Assembly: GCF_026571515.1 (NCBI RefSeq)
Contig: NW_026859581.1
Span: 310,001 to 374,000 of the forward strand
Origin: Ruditapes philippinarum
Taxonomy: Eukaryota
Length of the DNA: 64,000 nucleotides
Direction: 5' to 3'
The translations under genes and the position numbers were made by a program. The notes beneath the pieces were generated by a model, which did no database searches, was not told the origin of the DNA, and saw only the letters and a list, made by a program, of their open reading frames with translations. This document shows positions 13,330-26,156 of this stretch, in pieces (the first letter of the stretch is position 1; each line of letters starts with the position of its first letter).

Positions 13330-16300
13330 CACCCTGGATGAACAAGTTTTGTCACGTGACCACAAATGCAAACGCCGATTTAACATTTCAGCAATTACGG
13401 ACCCGATTTCAGGTAATTATTTGAAGATATCTTTTTTTCTACTGCATCCACAAAATTATGACCTAGACCTTAGGACCCGGCGTTAATTGAGCTTTTATTT
13501 TATGTATGTAGTAATTGCGAGACTTAGGTGTTCTTTTAGAACACTTCGACACAAATTTTCTTTTTGCAAGGCAAACGCCGATAGGTTTTACCTTTTCTAA
13601 TCTTTTTTGTTCACTGGAAACCCATGTAGAGGGAAAATAATAGAAGATATGTCTCTTTACAAGTAATTTTCGTACCTAACTAATTTATAATTTCATTAGC
13701 AAGGTTATATTCGATATAAACCCATGTTTCCCACTTATTGTCGATTTTGCAAACGTCGTTTGATCATGTAAAATATGCAAATGTCGGTTGGTCATTTGAA
13801 ATATATGCAAGCGCCCGTTGATGCCTTTTTGAACGCTGAACTATATCTGTCTCATTTCCAGAGTTCTTCATCATATGAAACAATTTCATTGCAAACTGAT
13901 TCTAATAACTCCATTCTGGCCACGACGCCCATGGTTTCCAGATTTATTGAATCTATCGGTAGCTCAACCGTTATGTCTTCTATTGGTTACAAATCTGTTA
14001 CAACAACCAAATCTCAGATATGTCATCCAAATCCAGGTGTTCTGAAACTGACTGCATGGTTGCTATCGACACAGTTTAGAGAAAAAGGTTTTTTTCAAAA
14101 CTTCTTACAGCCAGCTGAAGAACTGGTACTCAGAAAGATTACTCCAGTAAATTAAGACAATTTATGATATGGTGTCGTCAAAAGAATATTGATTCCTTCA
14201 CAGCATCCTTAAATACTTGTGCTGAGTTTTTATCAGATCTGTATAATAATAAAGGTTTAGTAATAGAAAGAGCACCGAAACACGAGGCTATCTGATTTGT
14301 ACGAGGGGGCTACAGTATTAATCAGATTGCCGAGTGTTTTGGTGTTCTTTCTCTTTTGTATCATAGTCAAACCTCAAAGCACGTTCCCTGTTGTCACAAT
14401 ATGAAACCCCGGCAAAAATGAACCAATGAACGAACATCTGAATATGACATTTCTGTCGCTTTCCCTTTCTCTGCCGTCACAACATGTAAACCCCAGCAAA
14501 AATGAGCCAATCAACGGGCATGATCTGGAGTGCGGGTAACTGATACCTGCACTCCAGTTACCGCAATGTGCATGTATATGTATACGATTTAACTCTGACA
14601 CTGTTACAACAGAAAGGTCCCCAAACTATGATACAACAGTAGGTTACCGCTCTATTTTATCTGCAGTTTTTTACCTCCAGTAGATAACACTCCTATTGGT
14701 CAACATCCGTGTGTTATCAGATTATTAAATGTATTCAATTTAAGACCTCCTCTAACAAAGTTGTTGCCTGAATGGGATGTTCCTAAAGTTCTTAGTGCGC
14801 TACAAACATTTCCTTTTGAACCTTTGAGAAAAACATCAATTTAATTTTTAACTTATTAATTAAGTTGTTTTTCTTACAGCTATCACGACATTCAGGAGAG
14901 CCAGCTACCTTCAAGCGTTAACATTAGGAGGAGCTATTTCTCTGAAGACAGATGGGGAAACTTTTATCAGACAAGGTTTGGCTAAACAGGATAGACCTGG
15001 TCATTCATCAGCAAAAAATATTGTACCAGCTTGTAAGACCATCCAAGAATCTATCTATCTTAAAAGAACTGAATCCTTCAGACGTAAAGATGAAACAAGT
15101 TTATTTCTGACTATAAATGTACCTCATTCTAAAGCTTCTTCACAAACTTTGGCTTCATAGATTCTTAAAACTATTCAAGAGGCTTATGCAGATAAACATA
15201 AAAGTGAAACAGCACATTCTACAAGAGCTTTAGGTCCCAATTCTCAACGCTGCAGATTGGTCAAAAGAAAACACCTTCGTTAAATTTTATTTGAAACAAG
15301 TAACTCCAAGTGATCTCACTGTGTAGTTCAACGTCGCTGTATAGTTCAACCTAAGAAGATTGATTTTTTTTCTAAATTTTTAAATCAAAATTTATTCCCG
15401 ACGGATTTTGTGTGGAATTGATTTTTGAGAAGATTTTACGGTTTTATGTATACATGTATATATGGGATATACAGAAGTTTTATAAAAGTTTGTTATTGAA
15501 GAATGTTTTAAAATAAAAAAAGAAGGAAATAAGAGAGAAGTCTTTTGTTCAGAGAATTGTAATATTTGCAACTTGACTTAAATAGCCACCGGTTTATAAG
15601 GATCTTACACCGGCTGCCGGTACAGACCGGAATATCTGTCGAGTTTCCGCTAAACAGTTACCCGAGAGCTGGATATTCCCGTCTGTACCAACAGCCGGTG
15701 TTTGATTTTTTTTCTTGCATATTACATGTCAAATATTTTCGGAACAGGTAATTTCAAGAACAAACTTAGAGTGGGTAGGTTTTATACAAACTTCTTCTTT
15801 TAACCTGTGCATTTTTTTCTTAAAAAAATGAATACTTTTTTAGAATTTAAAGTACCTTTATTTTCATTGAAAAAAATTAACAGAAACGATGTAAGGAATT
15901 GCATGTTATTATGTATTGTACTCAACAATAAAAAGAAAAACACAATCCAGAAGTAAAAACAAGAATTCATTTAAGTATGTATAAGTTATCTGCACTGGAA
16001 ATGACCTCAAATAAGTAGAAAAGTCTGATTCAGGGGCAGATAACTCAACAACGAGAACGGTGACCCCAATTTTCTTTTCGCTTAAAATGTTTCTGTTATC
16101 ATATTCTAACAACATGCCAAGTTTAAAGAAATTCTATTGAACAGTTTTAGTTTTGCCTATATGTCCATATGAAAACTCCCGAAAACGTCCTTAAATCAAC
16201 CGGCGTTTGCATATTTTACATGTTCAAACGACGTTTGCAAATTAGACAATACGGGGAATAACATGGGATTATGTCAAATATAACTTTGCTCATGGAATTA

Positions 16301-16636
16301 TAAATGAGTTAGGGACGGGAATGGCATTTTAAAAGACATATCCTCTATTATTTTACCTCAACGTGTATTTCCAGTGAAAAAAATGATTGGAAAAAGTAAA
16401 ACCTATCGGCGTTTGCTTTGCGAAAAGAACATTTGTGTCGAAGTGTTCTAAAAAAACTACTAAAGTCTAGTAATGACTACTCACATAAAATAAAAGCTTA
16501 ATTTACGCCGGGTCCTACGGTCTATGTCTTATTTTTGTGCTCGCAGTGGAAAAAAAGATATCTGCAAATAATTACCTGAAATTGGGTCCGGCGTTTGCAT
16601 TTGTGGTCACGTGACAAAACTTGTTCATCCAGGGTG
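13330..16636. mobile_element. Non-autonomous DNA transposon with ~450-bp TIRs, CAC..GTG termini and 5-bp TSD TTTAT (Transib-like), carrying DIRS sequence
   Basis: tttat|caccctggatgaacaag ... cttgttcatccagggtg|tttat. The terminal 48 bp are perfectly inverted. Arms ~13330-13790 and ~16197-16636. Repeated gcaaacgYcg motif. Confidence 0.88.
13845..15320 (+). pseudogene. Degenerate fragment of a second DIRS family (end of MT domain plus tyrosine recombinase)
   Basis: Pieces translate to CKLILITPFWPRRPWFP, HPNPGVLKLTAWLLST, CAEFLSDLY, IGQHP, PEWDVPKVL, TFRRAS, KQDRPGH, AHSTRALGP, AADWSKENTFVKFYLK. Many stops and frameshifts, plus a ~370-bp insert at ~14260-14626. Confidence 0.9.
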
Positions 16637-17100
16637 TTTATGCCCTACTTTACAATCCGTAAGATTTACTCCGGAATCTGATTAATTACCGACATAATGT
16701 CAGTGAATATGTTTTATCCTTGGACAGTAGGCACTATACACAAGTTAATAATATTGTATTTGGATCAATATTAGGCAGTGCGATAAAATGATAAAGAGAT
16801 AAACATGTAACTATATTATTGACAATACGATAACATTTATCTCACTATTCGTTAACTGACAAGGCAGTATTGAACCTTTTCGTAACAAGTTTAAATGGTT
16901 ATCATAAATATATTAAAAAAAAGAGAAAAAAATTGTTAACATGCGTAGTTTAAAAACACTTGAAAAGCAAAAAACTTGAAGAAAAATTTCAACATTCAAT
17001 TTTTGTTTTAATTGATTGTGGTGAGATATCGGATTACATCATGTATATGTATACATATTTTTGTGCTGTATAGTTCAACTTAAAAACAATATTCTACAAG

Positions 17101-19366
17101 ATGGCTACAGGGGGACACATAAATACAGATATTCTTTCTGATGAAATATTTGATGTTTTATGTTCAATATGTGTTAATCAAGGCATAAACACTGAAGCAG
17201 ATAAATTCTGTGTAGATTGTCATGATTATTTCTGTGTAAATTGCGTCAAAGTTCACAGTAAAGTGCCTATGTGTGCTAGTCACAAGGTGTTGGATAAATC
17301 TCAAGTCAAGTCAGGAACAAGTAAAGGTCTCTTGTGGGCACCAGCAGAGAGATGTGACAGACACAGTCATAAACATATTGATATGTACTGTCAGAACCAT
17401 GATAAAGTTGGCTGTTCTACATGTGTGGCTGTTGATCATAGGTTAGTATTTATTTGTATAATTTTGTTGTGTTTTTTTAATGCGTCCGAGCTAAGAGTAA
17501 TTAAACTGGTCGTATGTCCGTCTGTCCGTAAGAGGTGAACCTAAAACCGACAAGCTGTATTTATCTTAAGTTTACACACTTTCTTATCTTTACAAAGTAC
17601 ATAACATTGGCAAGTTACATAACTATGGCTTTCATGTTCTCTTCTCGAAGTTATTGCCCTTTTCAGTAATTTTATAACCTAATCCGGCAAGTTTGATGTA
17701 CAGCAATTTGCGTCCATAGATGAATGAATGGCTTAACTCTTTAGAAAATTTGTTACTGAGAGGGTATGGTCACGTTCTTGTTTGTTTGTTTGTGTGTGTG
17801 TGAGTGTGTCTTGTAGTTGTTGTTTTCGTTTTGTTTTAGTTTTCAGTTTATTTTGTTTCAGTGTGTTGGTGTGTGTGTGTGCGTGTGTGTGTGTGCGTGT
17901 GTGTGCGTGCGTGCGTGTGTTAAATCTGATCTTTTTATGCAAACTTCCTTACCATACATATACACTCTATTTCATTTTTCAGGTCATGTCAGGATACATT
18001 CTACATTCCAGATTATATTCAAAACAAAACTCAATTTGTTTCAAGTAAAACACAAACAAAACTAATGGAAATAATCAAGACCCTTGAAGAACAAGCTGAT
18101 AGATTTAAACAAGATAAACACAGGCTGCTGAAGAGAAAATCTGAAATATTAGCTCATATCAGAAAATTTCGACAAGAAATCAACGACCAAGTCGACAAGC
18201 TGGAGAAAAGTTCTGTAAACGAGATAGAAGATAAGGTCAAATGTTTGGAAGACTTTATTGAAGAGGGTCTCAAACAGCTTCAAGCAAACAAGGTCATGGT
18301 TACTTCAGTTAATGGTAAATTAACACCTCCAAATACAGATCAAGCTCAAGTGTTAGTTTATGTGAAGATGGGGGAGGAAGCTGCAGATATTGCCAACAAA
18401 TGTATAGAAGATGCCAAAATGAAAAGAACCGTAGCTCACATAGAATTTCAACCTGATAGGACAATTCTTACACAGCTAGAAAAAAATAAAACCATAGGTA
18501 CACTAACAGAGCCTAGAAAGACTACTCGCAAAGTTCTTCAGACTAAAGGACAATACCCATATTTTGTAAATATTAAAGTAAATTCTGACGAAGACAACTG
18601 TTATATCACCAGCGCCTGTTGTATGGAGGATGGTATGATAATCCTAGCCGATGACAACAATAAAAAGCTTAAAAAGTTACACAGTCAAAATTACACAGTA
18701 ATAGACTATTGTGATCTACTCGAAGCACCATGGCAAGTGTGTGTGATCAATAAAGCGCAAGTAGCAGTAACTGTGCCATCACAAAAAGAAGTACAGTTCA
18801 TTTCTATAGAAACACCAATGGAAACAATTAAAAAGATAAATACTGATTTTGCATGTTATGGTATTGCATATGCAAACAGTCACATATATATTTCAGATGA
18901 CACATCCGTATATATGTGTACAATGTCTGGTAGGAAAGTTAAACGGTTCAGTATTGATCAATCGATACGTACAATATTATCTGACATATTTAGTCCATTC
19001 TTTTCTAAACCGTCGTGTGGAATATACAGTATAGCTGCCAGTAAGGATGCTACAAGGATTTATGTCGCTAATGCTGATAATGGACTGATAGTGCTAGACA
19101 ACAATGGTCGAGTTATTAAAACATTCAATGGTCAACAATTAAAATGGGCTAATTGTTGCTATCTCACTGAAGCAGGTAGTGTGCTGGTATCTGGAGAAAA
19201 CTCCAATAACGTTTTACAGTTAACATCTGATGGTGAATTGATAGGAGAGGTTATAAAAGCTAATAGTGGAGAAAGAAGAATCAGGTCAATCTGCTGCAAT
19301 CAACAAATGTCTAAGATGTGCATATGCAGACTTACGGAGAACAACATTGAAATATACAATATCTAA
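17101..19366 (+). CDS. TRIM/NHL-like protein copy 1 (B-box1, B-box2, coiled coil, NHL-like beta-propeller; no RING), ~574 aa
   Basis: join(17101..17441,17983..19366), phase-2 GT-AG intron, frame checked. CSIC..FCVDCHDYFC..C...H and CDRH..YCQNHD..C..C...H zinc motifs; NHL-like LADxNN, PWQV, YGIA, IYVA repeats. Confidence 0.9.
17779..17919. repeat. (TTTG)/(GT)n microsatellite in TRIM copy 1 intron
   Basis: Direct inspection. Confidence 0.9.
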
Positions 19367-19888
19367 TCACTTAATGTTAGTATATGAATGCAAACCGCCT
19401 TCTGTAAACATGTTATTTAAAGAGCACTAGTACTCTGATGCAAATTATTTACCTATATAGAAAATTTTAGAAGAGATCATTACAGTGACCTCAGAAGGCT
19501 ATTCCCTCTCGTCTTGCCCGTCAGCAACCCAGGAGTAAAAAGCATGTGTAGGAAGAAATATTTATGTTTATTCTTCTTCGTTTTGTTATCCAAAAGAACG
19601 CATCATGTTTCGATATATTTGCATGTTTACGTTATTTTCATTGAAGTTTACGGAGTTTTACATCTTCATATTGTTTTATCCCTGATGTCATAGGTTTGCA
19701 TCGTCCAGTGTAAGTTTAGAAAAGAAGTCAAGAAGCTAATGTCTAATATTAATAGATGTAGATGATTTTAGCACAGGTAGGTATTCAGCTCATTTATCTG
19801 GTCAATAACGATAAAATTGCTTTGAAATAAGTACCTGTTGATTATTAAATTCAGCAGTCCTATGCATTATTACGTAGGACCGGTGGGG

Positions 19889-20309
19889 ACATTTCAATTT
19901 CATGAATTCCCGATTTAATCGTCCTGTATTCACAATTTTAACTTCGTGAATTCACGTTTTCAACATGGGAATCCACGATTTCAGCTTCATAAATTCACAA
20001 TTTCAACTTCACGAATTTACGATTTCAACTTCATAAATTCAAGATTTCAACTTTACGAATTCACAGTTTTAACTTTATAAATTCACAATTTCAACTCCAC
20101 GATTTCAACTTCATGAATTCACGATTTCAACTCCACGAATTCACGACTTCGACTTCACGATCGTGAATTTGTGAAGCTGAAATAGTGAATACGTGAAGTT
20201 GAAATCATGAATTCGCGAAGGAAAATCGTGAATTCATGAAGATGTGGAATCGTGAAGTCGAAATCTTGAATTCATGAAGTTGAAATCGTGAATTCGTGAA
20301 TATGAAATA
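19889..20309. repeat. Fold-back element built from head-to-head arrays of a 21-bp unit (aattcacgatttcaacttcat)
   Basis: Forward units ~19900-20160, inversion centre tcacgatcgtga at ~20155-20166, reverse units to ~20300. Confidence 0.88.
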
Positions 20310-23300
20310 CGTCAAACTTCTGATAAGGACATCTATTCATTATCTGTCTGTAAAAGACTCAATCAAAACAAGCATTTAAAGTTTTGTTTTCTTTGCACTC
20401 TTAGGATTACCCTTTTCTAATGTTGGCCTGTAATTAACAATAAAAAGTTTACTTTTAGATATTTCCGATCTATTTTAATATCTTTTGTTATTGAGTAAGC
20501 ACCAGAGATAATATTTACAGAAATGAAGAAATGGCATTAACAAAAGCTGTCTGAAGAGCATCCGGTCCCACTTTTCTCATTGCTGGATAATAAACAAAAC
20601 ATGTTTTAAGTAAAGAGGCAATTTTAAATTAAAGGTGGAAATTTGTGCATGATATCCTTACAATTCGTCAAAAATGCATCCACTTATCAATATTTCTAGT
20701 CCTAATTGAATCGATTGACCACGAACAAAATATTGATAAACAAAAGATAAAGGTCATTTCGATATTGACCTTGGCCTTATAACCCAAAAGGCGTATAAGG
20801 TACGAGTCATTATGGTGCTTCTACATATATAGCAATAATGTTGAAGCTAATATACAATTTTAAGAATAATAGTTAAAAAGGATAAAGATGTGTGTATATA
20901 GACAGCAACCTTTTAATATAGGGATATTTAGAATTATGTATCTACTATAATATGTAAACAAATGTCTGAATTTAAGGTCGGACATTTACACTGTAGTGGT
21001 GTGTATAATATTTAAGTATTGATTGATTTATTTTTTAGTAAGAAATTGATATAGAAAAATGAATTTAATCAGATGTTTTACAGAGCATTTTCAATATGAA
21101 TACTTGTTATGACAATTTGATATTTCAGTTAGCATATATGAAACATGTCTTAAACAGGCATTAAAATGAATGCATTATCCCTTTTCTTTGTATAATACAT
21201 ATATGATATATGTCTGTTTTACACTATATGTGATTGTATAATAGTATAATTAAGAAATTGATATACAAAAATGATTGTTATCCAAATATGGTTTCTTAAC
21301 CATTATCAATATGTATACTTGTTATGTCAACTTGTTATTACAATAAGCAATAGCATATATGAAACTTGTCAGAAACAGATTTTATATGAATGTCGGTGCA
21401 TTATCCTGTTCTTGGTATAATACATAATAAATATTTGTCTGTATTACTTGTTGGATTTAGGCGGGTTATGTATGGTGGCACCGGATGCACTATTTACATG
21501 AGTGGTATCGGCACGAGTGAAAATATAACAGCGGGTGTTTATGTACAGAATGTGGATGTGGATAGGTCAGCTGATTTGGTCTGCACTGGTCACATGGGTA
21601 GAATCAAATGCCTTTAGTTGGCAAAGTGTTTAATGAATGGGATGTATCATTCAAAAAGACAATTAATTCTTAATATCACTACTGTAGTATTTTACGGACA
21701 CATATCTTAAATCAAAATTGTTTAACAAATCAACAAAATTACTTTATGGGAAAACTCTGGCAATAAATGATATGACTTTGAAAATAACTTGACATGATGA
21801 AAAGAAGAAAATTTTATAAAGCAATTTATGTCATTTGCTACTTTAATTCAGTTACTATGCATATGCTCATACTGTAATTAATATCATTCTGAGACCTATG
21901 CATAACCTATTTATAATTTTAAAAAAACAACTTTTTTTATACTTTCAGATAATAATATAAGAGGGGTCCCATTTTCATAAGCATGATAATCTTTGTGTTC
22001 ATACTGTAATCTATTAGATGCTGATATTTATAAGCTTTAGAACGGTGAAGACTTAACATTTTAAGAGAAAACAATTGTTCATACAAAATCTAAGTAAAAT
22101 GTTAGTCCTAAGGGCAGTTAGGTCCTACTTACACTTTTGGCATGGTTTATTAAATTTTGAGAAACAACTCAGAAATGCTTCATTCCAAATACCTTTACAA
22201 ATGATCATAAAACGTTTATCAGGTTATTTTCGCTTGCAGCAAACTTTGCAATTATTGCAGTAATCTAATTTTAACGTTGTTCATGCTTCTTTTTCTTTCA
22301 TTTTTCAGCTGACAAAAAATACGATTCTTTTTGTCAGAGGTTGAATGTTCAAACTTTGTTTTCAAGTTACCTATTGATGTATCGCTTGCAAGTATGTATT
22401 CAGTATTTCAAAGATACTGTATCGTCTCACCTTATTGTTGACATGTTATTGTTAAGTTTGAAGAAAAGAAAAAAATAATTGTCACAAAATTGTATTTGTT
22501 AAAATACTTTTTATGCTTCTTTCTCTTTTATGTTTTCATTTGCCAATGTATATATTTGTATGTGCTATAAGCATTGTAAAATTTTTAATGCATTGAATTG
22601 TAAAGCTGCCCATGTATGTTTGTTTACCTTACTTGCAAGGTGTGAATCATCTTATTATATCAGATAATCGGTTACAATAGCGTAAACAGAAATACCTTAA
22701 TTTTATTAACCTGTCAATTGCATACTGTTAATTATACAGTCAATGCACACAATATATTAATATTCGCAGTAAGATGTGATTAGATTTAATTTGTGTCTCT
22801 GAAATAGTTATACTGAGCGATATAGGAAATGGATAAACTGCGGGTTTATAATTTCTTAATGCCCTTCGTGTTGCAAGATCGAGAACGCGTATGTCCATGT
22901 TTTTTTCTCATTTATATTTTCAGCTTTATTAAATATAATTGTTTATTATAATGCGTTCGTTTTGTTTTTATAATATGCTTCGCACTTATTTAATGTCTAT
23001 ACATTTTTTAAATAACATGGATTAAGAATTAATATTTAAAACTCATCCGGATTAAAATCATTAAATGCCATTAATAAGTCGTTACTTATAAAACAAAACG
23101 CGACACAACAATGTTTTTTAAGTTGATTTAAATCCGTGTAGACAATTTTGCAAGAACTTGGTCATTTCCATTAAATTATACTGCAAAATAAAGGAAGAAC
23201 AATGGCAAAAGCAGTGATCTCGTATATTAGGCACTTAACCTACAGTGTTTTTGCAGATGTGACGACCACCTATACATGTATATTAAGCTAGTGTGATTTT

Positions 23301-24234
23301 TTCAAAACAAGTGTTTTATACTCCATATTAATTCTCGTAAACTACAAGAACATAACCAAAGTGTGACCGAATATTTAAATGAGTGCTAATGTATTCATAA
23401 TGGACAGGTCAATAAAATTAGACTATACTTAACGATTATTCATGTAAAAAAAACATGAACACTGAAAATTGATATTTGATAAATTGATTTATAGGTATCG
23501 CAATGTAAAATATGTATGACTAAACTGAGTTGCAAACATAAAGAAGAAAGAAAGATCCAGGACCTCACGAAATCCCCGTATGAACTTGATTCATGCACGC
23601 GAATATAGAGAAAATTAGATACTCGCGGAAAAAAAAACCCTGATACACGGTATTATCAGGGAATGTAGTTTAACTTTACTGTATTGAAAAATATCTGCAT
23701 AGTATAATATTCAAATGATGTGTACACATTTCTTATTTACTCAAGTAACTACAGAATACATTGTGTATGCCATTTGCTCTTCGTAAATAAGATATTTGAT
23801 TTTCCACAAGAATAGGCAATTGATATAACCTTTTGCTATCTGATCAAATATTTTCAACCTGTTTTTCGAAAATCTATTCATGTTATATAACTTCCTGGTT
23901 AGAAGATAATTACATAAATATTTTGAAACCAACCAACTCATTACAATAAGTAATTTTATATTAGAGGAATGTGGACTTTGGATCAATATTGAACAAGATA
24001 TTTTTTCTTTGTATAAATTGGTGCGACATTTGTTTGTTAATTTATTAACAGCTATATATGGACAAAACAGTTTTTGCTATAATTCAATATTTTGACAAGA
24101 TAAATATGTAGTCATTGGTAGAAAAGTTGGGAAAAAAGTTTAACAATACATCTTAAATGAGAAAAGAAAGTAAACTGACATTTTTGTTGTACCGAGCAAT
24201 CAGAAGAATAGGTTTGAACAAGTAAATATACAAG

Positions 24235-26156
24235 ATGGCTACAAGTGGACTATTAAATACGGATATTCTTTCTGATGAGATATTTGATGAATCTCAAGCG
24301 AGGGCACCAGCAAAGCGATGTGACAGACACAGTCATAAACCCATTGATATGTACTGTCAGACGCATGATAAAGTTGGCTGTTCTACATGTATGGCAGATG
24401 ATCACAGGTAGCTTTCAGTAATTTGGTTACCTTATTTTTTCGAGTGGCTGGGTGTTTATTAGATAGAATTTCATTTTATTTATTTTTATACAATTTTAAA
24501 ATAATTTCATTTTGAATTTTAACAATTGATTTTGGGCTAGAGAGTATGACTCACCATCATTGTAGTGGTTATATAGTTTCTTTGCAGCTCCTTCCGTGCA
24601 TAATTTAAGGTACTAGCTGGCATCTATGTAGAACAACTAACGTTCCATTAACGATATTCTCCCTAACATAAAAAATCAAAGTATCTGGCATGATTCGAAC
24701 TCAAAACAGTGAGTGGCAAGTACAAAACCACCTATAAAACACTTAATACAACATATGCTCTCAAATAAACATAAAGGTTAAAGTCCATGAACCTCTTATT
24801 CCTTTCAGATCATGCCAAAATACATTCTATATACCAGAATTTATCCGAAACAACATTTACCAAAGTGTTTCAAGAAAAATTCAAACAGAACTTAACAAAA
24901 TAACAAAGACCCTTGCAGAACAAGCTAGCAAATTCAAACAGGATAAACAAAGGCTGCTGGAAAGAAAGGCAGAGTTATTGGCTGATATCAGAAGATTTCG
25001 ACAAGAAATCAATGACCAACTTGACAAGTTGGAGAAAAATTCTGTAAATGAGATAGAAGATAAAGTCAAATGTCTTGAAAGCAAAATCGACGATGGTCTT
25101 AAACAGATAGAAGCACTTGAAGCAAGGGTAACTACAGCAAGTAATAAAATAGCATTTCCAAACCCATATCAACCTGACGTATTTGTTAATATGAAGATGG
25201 CAGATGATGCTGCAAATGTAGCCAACAAATATATGAAAGATACAAAAATAAAGAGTACAGTTGAAGAATTAGATTTCAAACATGACAGAACAATTCTTAC
25301 CCAGCTTGAACAAATTATTGCTCTTGGGTCACTAACGGAGGATCCTACAAAAATGGCAAGTAGTTTATTTCGGATAAGAGGAGACAAATCATATTGTGTA
25401 AAAGTAAAGTCTGATACAGAAGACTGTTATATCTCCAGTGCCTGCTGTCTTGAAGATGGCCCAATAATTTTAGCAGATCACAACAACAAAAAGCTCAAAC
25501 AGATACGTGGCTACAACTACACTGTAACAGATTACTATGACCTACCAGAACGACCATGGCAAGTGTGCTCAATCAGTAAAACAGATGTAGCATTAACTTT
25601 GCCATTACAAAATGAGGTTCATTTTATTTCTGGGGAAGAGAAAATGAAAAGAACAAACAAGATTAAGACTGATTTTGAATGTTATGGTCTTGCATACACA
25701 AACAATAATTTATATATTTCGGATGCAAGCACATCAGTATATGTGTATACATTGTCTGGTACGAAACTACAGCATTTCAGTGAGACCCAATCAGGACAAA
25801 AGCTGTTCTCTAACATACACAGTATAGCTGTCAGTAAAGATGGTACGAGGATTTATGTTGCTGACTTTTATAATGGACTGATAGTACTGGACAACAATGG
25901 TCAAGTTATTACAACATCAAACGGTAAACAATTTTGTGGGGCTAAATGCTGTTATATCACTAAAGCAGGAAGTGTGCTGGTATCTACATATGGCTCCAGT
26001 GTTTTACAGTTTACACCTGATGGTGAGCTGATAGGAGAGGTTATAAAAGCTGACAGTGAGGGAAGAAGTGAAAGTTTGTCAGTTTGCTGTAATCAACAAA
26101 TGTCTAGGATGTTTGTTTGCAGCATTGATGATAACATTGGAGTATATGGTATTTAA
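24235..26156 (+). CDS. TRIM/NHL-like protein copy 2 (B-box1 deleted in frame), ~506 aa
   Basis: join(24235..24407,24809..26156). MATSGLLNTDILSDEIFDESQARAPAKRCDRH...; same intron position and phase as copy 1; ORF intact. Confidence 0.88.

Noticed and set aside
17733-18065. Cys/Val- and Thr/His-rich ORFs
   Set aside because: Translations of the intronic (GT)n microsatellite.
19900-20300. Regular short repeats resembling a CRISPR array
   Set aside because: No unique spacers, the array inverts midway, eukaryotic context and no cas genes.
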